64,000 bases of DNA from an uncultured Oscillospiraceae bacterium (GTDB taxonomy: Bacteria > Bacillota > Clostridia > Oscillospirales > Acutalibacteraceae). The stretch lies in assembly GCA_900539425.1 (NCBI GenBank), contig UQBX01000005.1, positions 20,908 to 84,907 on the forward strand, read 5' to 3'. The notes beneath the pieces were generated by a model. It searched no databases. It was not told where the DNA came from and saw only the letters and a program-made list of their open reading frames with translations. Numbering within the stretch: position 1 is the first letter of the stretch; every line of letters begins with the position of its first letter. The position numbers and the translations under genes were made by a program. Below, one piece after another: positions 43,827 to 53,065 of this stretch.

Positions 43827-44882
43827 TTATAAAATCTGCCATGGTTTCCTGTTTTTGTATTCCACGTATCCGTGCCTTTGCTTATATTTTGGCAAAACCG
43901 AATACGGCAGCAGATCAAATTCAGAAAGAATTTCAGTGTCATAATCTTTATGGCTGTTTTCATACACGGTGATGCTTCTTGCACCGTGATTCCAGCCGTA
44001 ACTATAGTAGCCTGCGGCAGGAACGGCGCAAAGATCTGTTCCGTCAACTCTGCCCAGATAATCGTTTGTGTGGTCGTGCCCGAAAAACGCGCACAGAATA
44101 TCACCCTGTGTTTTCCATGTGTTAAACTGATTGTGCGGTGTGTTTGAGCAGCAGGGTGCTTCCCTGAACTTGCCCTGCCGATTTTTGTATCCTTTGTAAA
44201 ATCCTTTAAACAGCGCCGAACCGCCTGTTACGCTGCCGGGAACAAACATGGGGTGTTTTTTCATAAGGCGGTAAACTTCGGGTACGGGAATATGCTGAAA
44301 CAGAAAAGACGGAACCGGAGCACCGCCGTTTTGCTCTTTCAGTTCTTCGGATTTTTTTATATACCATTCATTTTGATCTGCCTGCACATATCCGTAGCCG
44401 CCGTTGTTGTCATAAGTGCCTGAATCCATAAGCCAAAGGTTGAATGCAGTCTTTTTGCCGTCAGAGCTGATTATTGGCAGGTTGTATGTGCAAACTCCCG
44501 ATACAGGCTCTCCTTTTACGGCAAGGCAAAGCGGGCTTTTCTGAAACTCCTCAAGTATGAATTCTTTTGCCTCTTTTTCCTCAAATCCGCATTTGTGAAC
44601 AAGACCCTCGTGATCGTGATTACCGAAAACAAGCGCAAAGGGAATATCTTTTTCGCTTATAGGTTCAAGCAGTGCTTTTACCGCTGCTTTTGTGCGTTTT
44701 GGTGTAACACCTTCAAAATCGCCTGCAATATTGTCCCCAAGCAGGATTATGAGGTCGGGTGAAGTCTTTTCAATTGAGTATCGAATAATGTCTGTAGTTT
44801 CTTTCTGCGGATTATCTGTATCCTGTGCGTCCGCAATTGCAAGAATGCTGAATTCACCGTTTTCCCTGAATTTAAGTTCCAT
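43827..44882 (-). CDS. Calcineurin-like metallophosphoesterase.
   Basis: …ILLGDNIAGD…, GNHDHEG, …FFGHDHTNDY motifs. Confidence 0.8.
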   Translation of the reverse strand: MELKFRENGEFSILAIADAQDTDNPQKETTDIIRYSIEKTSPDLIILLGDNIAGDFEGVTPKRTKAAVKALLEPISEKDIPFALVFGNHDHEGLVHKCGFEEKEAKEFILEEFQKSPLCLAVKGEPVSGVCTYNLPIISSDGKKTAFNLWLMDSGTYDNNGGYGYVQADQNEWYIKKSEELKEQNGGAPVPSFLFQHIPVPEVYRLMKKHPMFVPGSVTGGSALFKGFYKGYKNRQGKFREAPCCSNTPHNQFNTWKTQGDILCAFFGHDHTNDYLGRVDGTDLCAVPAAGYYSYGWNHGARSITVYENSHKDYDTEILSEFDLLPYSVLPKYKQRHGYVEYKNRKPWQIL

Positions 44883-45020
44883 ATCTTTTGGCGGGGTGCG
44901 TGCCGTATATTTTCGGTATTGCCGCGCCCCGTGCCCCCTCTCAGCTTTATTTTAGTCTACCGGCATTATAAAATCAACATCAAATCCATTTATTTCATCT
45001 TTCCTATTGTGAACAGTTTG

Positions 45021-45049
45021 TTGACTACTTTATATTTTTATATTATAAT
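45021..45049 (+). promoter_or_regulatory. Sigma-A promoter TTGACT-17-TATAAT at the head of the glycan island.
   Basis: Read from the sequence, in an extremely AT-rich 240-nt spacer. Confidence 0.55.
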
Positions 45050-45125
45050 TATTTTTAAATTATATAATATATTAAAATTTTATTTATTTTGGTAAATTAG
45101 TAGTTTAATAGTTGCGGATGAGAAT

Positions 45126-45950
45126 ATGTTAAAACTGATGTATATTACAAACAGCCCCGAAATCGCTTCGATAGCTCAGAGTGCGGGGGCTGACAGAATT
45201 TTTATAGATATGGAGTACATAGGCAAAGAGGAACGGCAAAAAGGTATGGATACCGTTAAAAACCACCACACCGTTTCCGACGTCAAAGCCGTAAGAAAAG
45301 TTCTTGACAAGTCACAATTGCTTGTACGAGTTAATCCGATACACGAAAATTCAGAGCAGGAGATCAATACTGTTATAAACGCCGGCGCAGATATCGTTAT
45401 GCTCCCCATGTGGAAAAGCGCAGGTGAGGTTGAGAAGTTTGCCGATATTGTGGGAGACAGGGCAAAAAAAATGCTGCTTCTTGAAACCAAGGAAGCTTGG
45501 CAATGTCTTGATGATGTGCTTAAACTAGGCTGTGCCGATGAAATACATATAGGGCTCAATGATCTCAGAATAAGCACGGGTAAAAAATTTATATTTGAGC
45601 CTGTTGCAGACGGTACTGTGGAGAGTATTTTTGAGATAATAAAGCCTTACGGTGTTCCGTGCGGCTTCGGCGGCTTCGGTATGCCGGGCGAGGGGCTTTT
45701 GTTAGCCGATCTTATAATTGCCGAGCATTACAGGCTTGGCTCTTCAATGGCTATCCTTTCACGGTCTTTCTGTGATCTTAATGTGTTTAAAACGCAGGAG
45801 GATATAAGAAAACGCTTTGAAAGCGGTATAAAAAAGATCAGAAGTTTTGAAGAATTTCTTCAGTCACAGAATGCTGATTACTTTGCAGCAAGGCACAATG
45901 AAACAATGGAGAGTGTAAATAAAATTATCTCAGGTGATAGCTTTGTATAA
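45126..45950 (+). CDS. HpcH/HpaI aldolase / citrate-lyase-beta-like family (TIM-barrel 2-oxoacid aldolase or lyase).
   Basis: …GADRIFIDMEYIG… (DxE[HY] metal motif) and …LLVRVNP…INAGADIVMLPMWKSAGEV… match the family signature blocks. Confidence 0.55.
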   Translation: MLKLMYITNSPEIASIAQSAGADRIFIDMEYIGKEERQKGMDTVKNHHTVSDVKAVRKVLDKSQLLVRVNPIHENSEQEINTVINAGADIVMLPMWKSAGEVEKFADIVGDRAKKMLLLETKEAWQCLDDVLKLGCADEIHIGLNDLRISTGKKFIFEPVADGTVESIFEIIKPYGVPCGFGGFGMPGEGLLLADLIIAEHYRLGSSMAILSRSFCDLNVFKTQEDIRKRFESGIKKIRSFEEFLQSQNADYFAARHNETMESVNKIISGDSFV

Positions 45951-46611
45951 ATATTTTAAACGATTTTGCGATTTTACCGTATCGCTTTTAGCGCTGATAA
46001 TTCTTTCACCGCTTTTTGCAATCGTGGCAATCGCAATAAAGGCGGAGTCAAAAGGCCCCGTCATTTTTAAACAGGAAAGACTCGGGCTGGGCGGAAAAGT
46101 GTTTCTGATTTACAAATTCCGTTCAATGTGTGTAGGCGCAGAGCATACAGGCACGGGGCAGTATTCTTTTGCAGGAGATCCGCGGGTAACAAAGGTCGGC
46201 AAAATTTTAAGGGCAACAAGTATTGACGAACTTCCCCAGCTTATCAATGTAATCAAAGGAGAAATGTCAATAGTCGGTTTCCGTCCGCCGCTTACATATC
46301 ATCCGTGGCCTATAGAAGAGTATACTCCTTTTCAGAAGAGAATGTTTCTTGTAAGGCCGGGAATAACAGGCTGGGCGCAGGTGAACGGCAGAAAAGACGT
46401 CGAGTGGCACGAGCGTATCCGCCTCAATGTTTATTATGCGGAAAATATAAGCCTTTTCCTTGATTTAAAAATTATTTTTAAAACAGTGCTACAAGTATTA
46501 AAAAACGAAGATAATGTAAATGTTACCGTTACTGTAAGAGGCACGGCAGCAGATGAGAATGCTCAGGTTGATGAAGAAGACAAATCGGTCGTTAGCGAAC
46601 GGAGCGTATAA
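45934..46611 (+). CDS. Undecaprenyl-phosphate sugar phosphotransferase (small bacterial sugar transferase, WbaP C-terminal / PglC-like priming enzyme); GTG start.
   Basis: Single N-terminal TM helix, then …KGPVIFKQERLGLGGKVFLIYKFRSM…DELPQLINVIKGEMSIVGFRP…. Confidence 0.85.
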   Translation: MIALYKYFKRFCDFTVSLLALIILSPLFAIVAIAIKAESKGPVIFKQERLGLGGKVFLIYKFRSMCVGAEHTGTGQYSFAGDPRVTKVGKILRATSIDELPQLINVIKGEMSIVGFRPPLTYHPWPIEEYTPFQKRMFLVRPGITGWAQVNGRKDVEWHERIRLNVYYAENISLFLDLKIIFKTVLQVLKNEDNVNVTVTVRGTAADENAQVDEEDKSVVSERSV

Positions 46612-47630
46612 TGAATTTTAATGTTGAGTATCTGAAAGAAAAAATTTCATGTTTGCTTATGGCTCACGGGCTTGAGCAAAATCAGGCGGTTGTTACTGCT
46701 GATTGCTTTGTAACTGCAGATGCTTGCGGAGTTAAAACACACGGACTTTCCGTTTTGCGCGCCCATATTAATAAAATCGACAAAGGCTTTTATAATCTAA
46801 ACCCGAATATAAGAATTGAAAAAAGCACACATGCTTTTGCTGTGGTGAATTCAGATAATTCTATCGGCCCGTTTTCCGCTGATTTTTGCATGAAGCTTGC
46901 TGTTGAAAATGCAAAAAAGGAAGGCATATACACGGTCTTTTCAAATAACTGTAATACATATGGCCCTGCTTTTTATTACACAAAACTTGCAGCAGATGAG
47001 GGGCTGATCGGTATTACTTGCTGCAATACACCGGCGGCTATGGCACCTTGGGGGAGTTATGAAAAGCTTATTGGAACTAACCCGTTTGCAGCAGGAATTC
47101 CGGGCAAAAAAAGCGGCCCTGTACTTCTTGATTTTGCAACAAGCAAGGTTGCTAAGTCAAAAATAAATCAGGCAAGACTTTCAGGAAATCAAATACCTCA
47201 GGATTGGGCGCTTGATATAAACGGCAATAAGACCACAGATCCTCTTGAAGCAATCAAAGGTGTTGTGCTTCCGATGGCTGATTATAAGGGATACGGAATT
47301 GCCCTTGTTATTGATATGTTGTCCGGCGTGCTTTCAGGCGCGGCATATGCTGATGGGGTGAATAAATTTTATTCTGAGGACGGAAAGCCGATGAATGTTG
47401 GGCAGCTTTTTGTTGCAATAGATCCCCAAATAATTGCAAACGATGAATTTTACAGTCATGTAGATGAGTATATAGACAAAATCCATATGTGTAAATCTGC
47501 AGACGGCATAGCTCCGCTGTATCCGGGGGAAAGAAAAAATATAAATTATGAAAAAGCCTTACTATCAGGCATTGAGTATTCTGATTCGGAAGCGGAAAAT
47601 ATTGAAACTCTTTTAAAGGAAATACAGTGA
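46611..47630 (+). CDS. Ldh_2-family (malate/L-lactate/sulfolactate-type) NAD(P)-dependent 2-hydroxyacid dehydrogenase.
   Basis: …VKTHGLSVL…, …IGTNPFAAGIP…, …YKGYGIALVIDMLSGVLSGA… are characteristic of PF02615-type enzymes. Confidence 0.6.
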   Translation: MNFNVEYLKEKISCLLMAHGLEQNQAVVTADCFVTADACGVKTHGLSVLRAHINKIDKGFYNLNPNIRIEKSTHAFAVVNSDNSIGPFSADFCMKLAVENAKKEGIYTVFSNNCNTYGPAFYYTKLAADEGLIGITCCNTPAAMAPWGSYEKLIGTNPFAAGIPGKKSGPVLLDFATSKVAKSKINQARLSGNQIPQDWALDINGNKTTDPLEAIKGVVLPMADYKGYGIALVIDMLSGVLSGAAYADGVNKFYSEDGKPMNVGQLFVAIDPQIIANDEFYSHVDEYIDKIHMCKSADGIAPLYPGERKNINYEKALLSGIEYSDSEAENIETLLKEIQ

Positions 47631-47634
47631 TTAT

Positions 47635-48771
47635 ATGAAAATTTTGTTTTCAGCAACAACAAGAAGCCATATCGGGCAGTTTCATATGCCGTTTATACGC
47701 GAACTGAAAAAGATGGGGGTCACTGTGGATGCCGCCTATAAAGATAATTCGGCGGACAAGCCCGGTCTTGATCTTTCTGATATAGACAATGTGTTTGAAG
47801 TTCCTTTTTCAAGAAGTCCGTATTCTTTTTCAAATGTAAAAGCATATTTTGCTCTTAAAAGAATTATAGAAAACGGGGGCTATGATGCGGTTCACTGCCA
47901 CACTCCCATGGGCGCTGTTGTTACAAGGCTGGCTTCAAAAGGGCTCCGCAAAAAAGGACTTAAAGTAATATATACTGCCCACGGTTTTCATTTCTACAAA
48001 GGCGTGTCAAAAAAGAATTGGCTTCTTTTTTATACGGTTGAAAAGTTTCTCTCAAAATATACCGATGTGCTGATAACAATTAACGAAGAAGATTACAAAT
48101 GCGCCCGAAACGGCGGCTTCAAAGCAGGCAAAATATATAAAATACACGGGGTGGGTGTTGATGTTGATAAATTCACACCGCTTACCGAAGACGAAAAGGT
48201 TCATTTAAGAAAATCATTCGGATTTACGGATAATGATTTTCTCATCATTTATCCTGCCGATTTCTGCCACAGAAAAAATCAGCCCATGCTTTTAAAGGCG
48301 TTTGCGCAGGTATACTCAAAATACCCCAATGCACGGCTTTTACTTTGCGGGCAGGATACTGAATCTGATGAAATGAAAAGCCTTGCCGTGTCACTCGGAG
48401 CAGAAAACGGCGTCTCATTTCTCGGATACAGGCGTGATATAAATAATCTGGTAGGTATGAGCGACGTTTCTGTTTCTTCAAGCCGCCAGGAAGGGCTGCC
48501 TGTGAATATCATAGAGGCTATGGCAATGGGCAATGCCGTTGTTGCAACCGATGTGCGCGGAAATAACGATCTTGTAAAAGACGGCGAAAACGGTTTCCTT
48601 GTTGAGCCGGATAATTCAGAGCAGATGGCACAGCGCCTTATACAGCTGATTGAAAACAGAGAACTTGTTGAAAAATTCGGAAGCGAAGGATATTCAGAGG
48701 TGAAAAAATACTCTGTTGAAAACGTAAACAGGGAACTTAAAGAAATATATAAAGAACAGGGCTTACTATGA
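47635..48771 (+). CDS. Glycosyltransferase family 4.
   Basis: C-terminal …SRQEGLPVNIIEAMAMGNAVVATDVRGNNDLV… EX7E-type motif. Confidence 0.8.
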   Translation: MKILFSATTRSHIGQFHMPFIRELKKMGVTVDAAYKDNSADKPGLDLSDIDNVFEVPFSRSPYSFSNVKAYFALKRIIENGGYDAVHCHTPMGAVVTRLASKGLRKKGLKVIYTAHGFHFYKGVSKKNWLLFYTVEKFLSKYTDVLITINEEDYKCARNGGFKAGKIYKIHGVGVDVDKFTPLTEDEKVHLRKSFGFTDNDFLIIYPADFCHRKNQPMLLKAFAQVYSKYPNARLLLCGQDTESDEMKSLAVSLGAENGVSFLGYRRDINNLVGMSDVSVSSSRQEGLPVNIIEAMAMGNAVVATDVRGNNDLVKDGENGFLVEPDNSEQMAQRLIQLIENRELVEKFGSEGYSEVKKYSVENVNRELKEIYKEQGLL

Positions 48772-49841
48772 GAGTTTTACACATGATTCCCGATATAGGC
48801 ATAGCAAACGGAGTAATGAGCGTTATACTCAATTACTTTAAAGCAATGCCCGAAGATATAAAATTTGACGTGTGTTATTTTGCCGAAAAAGAAAAGACAC
48901 GTCAGGCGGATATTGAAAGCCTTGGGGGCAGAGTGTTTAAAATCCCCGCTCCGTCGCCAAAAGGTCTGCTCAGGCGCGATATGAGCACTTTTTTTGCTCA
49001 GCATAAAGGTGAGTGGCAGGCGCTTCATATCCACGCCCCTCATTTTGCAGTGTTTATGGCGCCTCAGGCAAAAGCGGCGGGCATTAAAAAAATTTGCTGT
49101 CATTGCCATTCCACCTGTTTTTCGCTTAAAGGCAATCAGGCAAGGAATAAAATATTAAGCTTATATTCTCGGCGTTTTGTAAAAACAAAATTTGCCTGCA
49201 GCATAGCAGCAGGCAGCTTGTGGTACGGCGGCAGTGATTTTACTGTTTTGAATAATGCCATTGACTGCTCCGAATATGCCTTTAATGAGGAAAAAAGAAA
49301 TGCCGTCAGGCAAAAAATGGGCTTAAATGATTCGTTTGTGGCAGGGCATATCGGCAGAACGGATATCCCGCAAAAAAATCATCATCAGCTTATCAAGATA
49401 TTTTCTGAGATAAAAAAGAAAAACAGCAGTTCAAAGCTTTTGCTTATGGGCGCGGAAAAAACAGATGAGCTGTTTGAACTATGCAAAAGTCTCGGCGTTG
49501 AAAACAGCGTTGAATTTCTTGGGTGCAGAACTGATATATCTCAGCTTCTTCAGGCGTGTGATGTGTTTTTATTCCCCTCAACAAATGAGGGCCTTCCCGT
49601 TTCTTTGATAGAAGCGCAGGCGGCAGGGCTTCCCGTAATAATGTCCGATACAATAACAGATGAGGTCTGCATTACGGATGAGATTTGCAGATTACCGCTT
49701 GATAGCGCTCCCGGTATTTGGGCTGAGAAAGCTTTGGAGAGCAAAGAAAACGCCAGAAAGAATAATTTAGAATTTATGAAAACGGCGGGCTGGGATATAT
49801 ATGATGCCGCAGAAAAGCTTGCCGCTTATTATAGAGGTTGA
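48768..49841 (+). CDS. Glycosyltransferase family 4.
   Basis: …STNEGLPVSLIEAQAAGLPVIMSD…. Confidence 0.8.
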   Translation: MRVLHMIPDIGIANGVMSVILNYFKAMPEDIKFDVCYFAEKEKTRQADIESLGGRVFKIPAPSPKGLLRRDMSTFFAQHKGEWQALHIHAPHFAVFMAPQAKAAGIKKICCHCHSTCFSLKGNQARNKILSLYSRRFVKTKFACSIAAGSLWYGGSDFTVLNNAIDCSEYAFNEEKRNAVRQKMGLNDSFVAGHIGRTDIPQKNHHQLIKIFSEIKKKNSSSKLLLMGAEKTDELFELCKSLGVENSVEFLGCRTDISQLLQACDVFLFPSTNEGLPVSLIEAQAAGLPVIMSDTITDEVCITDEICRLPLDSAPGIWAEKALESKENARKNNLEFMKTAGWDIYDAAEKLAAYYRG

Positions 49842-49846
49842 AAATT

Positions 49847-50833
49847 ATGCCGCGTTTCAGTATTATAGTTCCCGTTTATAATGTTGAAGAGTATTTATCA
49901 GAATGTGTTGAAAGTGTTGTTTCTCAAACTTTCACTGATTGGGAACTTATTCTTGTTGATGACGGCTCTCCCGATAACTGCCCTCGCTTTTGTGACGAAT
50001 GGGCTTTAAAGGATCAAAGAATTAAAACTATTCACAAAGCTAACGGCGGAGCTTCTTCTGCAAGGAATAAGGGGCTTGAGGTCAGCACGGGCGAGTATGT
50101 GCTTTTTCTTGACGGCGATGATTTTTACAATGATAAAAACACACTGAAAACTTTTGATGAAAAACTAACCGAAAGCGATACAGATGTGTTAATATTCGGA
50201 TGCACTGATTTTAATATGAACACCGGTGAAACTGTTGTTTCCAGAACGGGTTATGATATTGATTTGATTGAGCAGGGAGATTATTTTCACACTATGCATT
50301 ATCTGCTCTCAAACAAAATGATACCGGGCGGCCCAACGATTTTTTGCTTTAAAAAGAGTATCGCTGTGGATAATTCTGTTTCCTTTAAAGAGGGAATTCA
50401 AGATGAGGATTATGATTTTGTTTTAAGTATTTTTACTTCATGTAAAAGCATTTCTGCCATTGATGATCCTTTTTATTCATACAGAAAAGGCAGATCGGAT
50501 TCGGTAACTGGCAGTGCAAGTATAAAAATGATTTACGGTATTGAATATACCTTAAACAAATGGATAGATGAAAGCGAAAAAATAGAAAATCAAGTTTTAA
50601 AAAATGATATTTTAAATTATGTGGCGTTTATTTATTCAACGGGATTTGTAATTTGCGGAAGAATGAAAAGAAAGCAAAGAAAAGAAGCTTTAAAAATAAT
50701 GAACAAATACAAATCCGTGCTGAATTACGCCTATTGGAAAAAGCCTAAAACAGCAAAATTCGCTGTTAAAATCATAGGCAGTGATTTGTTTTCTGTTTTG
50801 GCAGCAAAATATTTTTCACTTACTCATATTTAG
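49847..50833 (+). CDS. Glycosyltransferase family 2 (paralog 1 of 4).
   Basis: FSIIVPVYNVEEYL…LILVDDGSPDNCP…DGDD. Confidence 0.85.
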   Translation: MPRFSIIVPVYNVEEYLSECVESVVSQTFTDWELILVDDGSPDNCPRFCDEWALKDQRIKTIHKANGGASSARNKGLEVSTGEYVLFLDGDDFYNDKNTLKTFDEKLTESDTDVLIFGCTDFNMNTGETVVSRTGYDIDLIEQGDYFHTMHYLLSNKMIPGGPTIFCFKKSIAVDNSVSFKEGIQDEDYDFVLSIFTSCKSISAIDDPFYSYRKGRSDSVTGSASIKMIYGIEYTLNKWIDESEKIENQVLKNDILNYVAFIYSTGFVICGRMKRKQRKEALKIMNKYKSVLNYAYWKKPKTAKFAVKIIGSDLFSVLAAKYFSLTHI

Positions 50834-50904
50834 TTAAAAAACTATCAATATAAAGAATTGCTTGTTTCTTGTAAACTAAACATTTAAGAAAGGAGGTCGT
50901 CATT

Positions 50905-52089
50905 TTGCTTATATATCTTGCCGTCATAATGGCATTTTTTGCGCTTTATTTTCTTATACCACGAAAGCAGGTATGGATATCGTTTGCGTTTCTTGTAATA
51001 GGCCTTGCAGTTATTGCTTTTTATGCTGAGCCGAATGAAAATGACGACCTTTTAAGATATTTCAGGATTATAGATCAAATGCGCGCCGGCGGGTGGGACA
51101 GGTTCCAGAGAATGCTTGAATACAATGAGTTTGATTTTGGGGCGCTTCCTGTGGCGGGATATTATTTCTATTTTATAAGTCTGCTTCCAGACAATCATTT
51201 CCTGCCGTTTTTTACTATCCTTATTTCTTACGGCTGTATGTTTTTGGTTGTATATAAAGTTGCACAGCGCTTTAAGGTTGATAAATTCTATCTTGCGGTT
51301 GCAGTATTCTTTTTGATTTCCACATATTGGTTTTATGATACTTACAGCGGAACAAGAAACGGATTGGCGTTCGCAATCGCATTAGCATGTATTTATTATC
51401 ATTTTGTAGAAAGAAAAAATATTATTCTGTGTTTAATAGGCTATGTGCTTGTATGCGGGCTCCATTCTTCGGGAATCCTTTTAGTTGCGCTTGCTGCAGT
51501 AGCATATATTACTTACAACAATAAAAGCAAATTTATTAATGTGCTGATAATTTTTACATTGGTAGGCGCAAGCGCTGGTATATCAATTCTGTCTGAAATA
51601 TCTGACAATGAATTTATTCTTACCTTGGCGGGAAAAACAGAAAATGCTGTTGATAATATCGGAGTGTCTTTAGAAGCTAATTTCCTTGTTAATGTGGCAA
51701 CTTATATTGTTTCTGTATTGATCATGGCATATGCTTTCACATATATTAAAAAATATATTGATGATAAGGGTTCAAAACGGTTTTTCAGGTTTGCCGAGGT
51801 ATTGCTTTATTTCTGCCTTGGTTCAATCGTCAGCGGACTTCTTTTCCTCAGAATGCTCAGATGGGTTATTCCGGTGATGACCGCGGTGGTTTACATGGTG
51901 GGTATGCAGATACAGAAAGACAGATTAGATAATAAGCTAATAAATACTTCCTATGATTCTGATACTCCGCATGCAGAAAAGATCAGAGCAATGAATAAAG
52001 GAGTAACTTCATTCTTTATTTTTGCATATTCAGTTGTTCATTTATGGTATGACTTTAACGGAAGCAGTTTAATATGGTTCCATTTTTAA
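50905..52089 (+). CDS. Wzy/EpsG-like oligosaccharide repeat-unit polymerase (TTG start).
   Basis: About 11 TM helices, EpsG-like N-terminus; RBS aggagg. Confidence 0.6.
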   Translation: MLIYLAVIMAFFALYFLIPRKQVWISFAFLVIGLAVIAFYAEPNENDDLLRYFRIIDQMRAGGWDRFQRMLEYNEFDFGALPVAGYYFYFISLLPDNHFLPFFTILISYGCMFLVVYKVAQRFKVDKFYLAVAVFFLISTYWFYDTYSGTRNGLAFAIALACIYYHFVERKNIILCLIGYVLVCGLHSSGILLVALAAVAYITYNNKSKFINVLIIFTLVGASAGISILSEISDNEFILTLAGKTENAVDNIGVSLEANFLVNVATYIVSVLIMAYAFTYIKKYIDDKGSKRFFRFAEVLLYFCLGSIVSGLLFLRMLRWVIPVMTAVVYMVGMQIQKDRLDNKLINTSYDSDTPHAEKIRAMNKGVTSFFIFAYSVVHLWYDFNGSSLIWFHF

Positions 52090-52107
52090 TTTTTTTGGGT
52101 TGGTAGA

Positions 52108-53061
52108 ATGGCGGATATAATAAGCGTAATAGTAGCTGTTTATAAAACAGAAGAATATCTTGATAAATGTGTTAAAAGCATCATAAATCAAACATATAAA
52201 AATTTAGAAATCATACTTGTGGATGACGGTTCGCCTGATAACTGCCCGAAAATGTGTGATGATTGGGCAAATAAGGATAGCCGCATAAAAGTAATTCATA
52301 AAACTAACGGAGGTCTTTCATCAGCAAGGAATGCAGGAATTGAAGCTGCCGCAGGGGATTATCTTATGTTTACTGACAGCGATGATTTTCTTGAAGATGA
52401 TATGATTGAGTTTCTGTATAATCTTATAAAAAAAGATGATTACGATCTTGCCAGATGTGGTTTTTATTTTGACGACGGCAAAACTCTTAAAGGCGAGAAC
52501 AATGATTATTCCGTTAAATATCCTGATTATGATCAGCTTATGATTGATCTTGTAAGCAACGGTTATACAAGCGGAGCTGTTTGGAACAAGATTTATAAAA
52601 CAGAATCTGTAAAAAGCAATCGGTTTTTGGATGAGGACGGTTGTTCAGAGGATATAATGTTTAATTTTCGTTTCTATCAGCAAAATTCCAAAGTTGTTTT
52701 CTGCGATGTCCCGAAATATCATTATATGGTTCGTGAAAATTCAATTGTAAACTCTGAGTTTAAGGAACTTGCTTACTCCATAGTGAGGGCAAAAAAACTT
52801 ATTTTAGAAAGTTTACATAATAATTCAACTGTATTTCCGTATGTTGTTAAGAGCCTTGTGGATTCCGCTTTTATTGTTCTTTCCGGCTGTATAAGGAATA
52901 AGGCGTTCCCCGATATGCAAAATGAATTGCGTTCTGATATTATGAAATACAGAAAATATGTTCTTAAAAGCAATATGTTTTCAAGTATGTGTAAAGTCAA
53001 AACCGTTATTCTTTGGATTTCACCATCCTTATTTAAATTTTTGATTTGGAGAATTAAGTAA
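52108..53061 (+). CDS. Glycosyltransferase family 2 (paralog 2).
   Basis: ISVIVAVYKTEEYL…IILVDDGSPDNCP…DSDD. Confidence 0.85.
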   Translation: MADIISVIVAVYKTEEYLDKCVKSIINQTYKNLEIILVDDGSPDNCPKMCDDWANKDSRIKVIHKTNGGLSSARNAGIEAAAGDYLMFTDSDDFLEDDMIEFLYNLIKKDDYDLARCGFYFDDGKTLKGENNDYSVKYPDYDQLMIDLVSNGYTSGAVWNKIYKTESVKSNRFLDEDGCSEDIMFNFRFYQQNSKVVFCDVPKYHYMVRENSIVNSEFKELAYSIVRAKKLILESLHNNSTVFPYVVKSLVDSAFIVLSGCIRNKAFPDMQNELRSDIMKYRKYVLKSNMFSSMCKVKTVILWISPSLFKFLIWRIK

Positions 53062-53065
53062 TATT

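Noticed and set aside
44883-44990. GC-rich imperfect palindrome (ggcggggtgcgtgccg…cggtattgccgcgccccgtgccc) upstream of the metallophosphoesterase gene.
   Set aside because: The stems are imperfect and it has no clear terminator or operator character. It is probably incidental.
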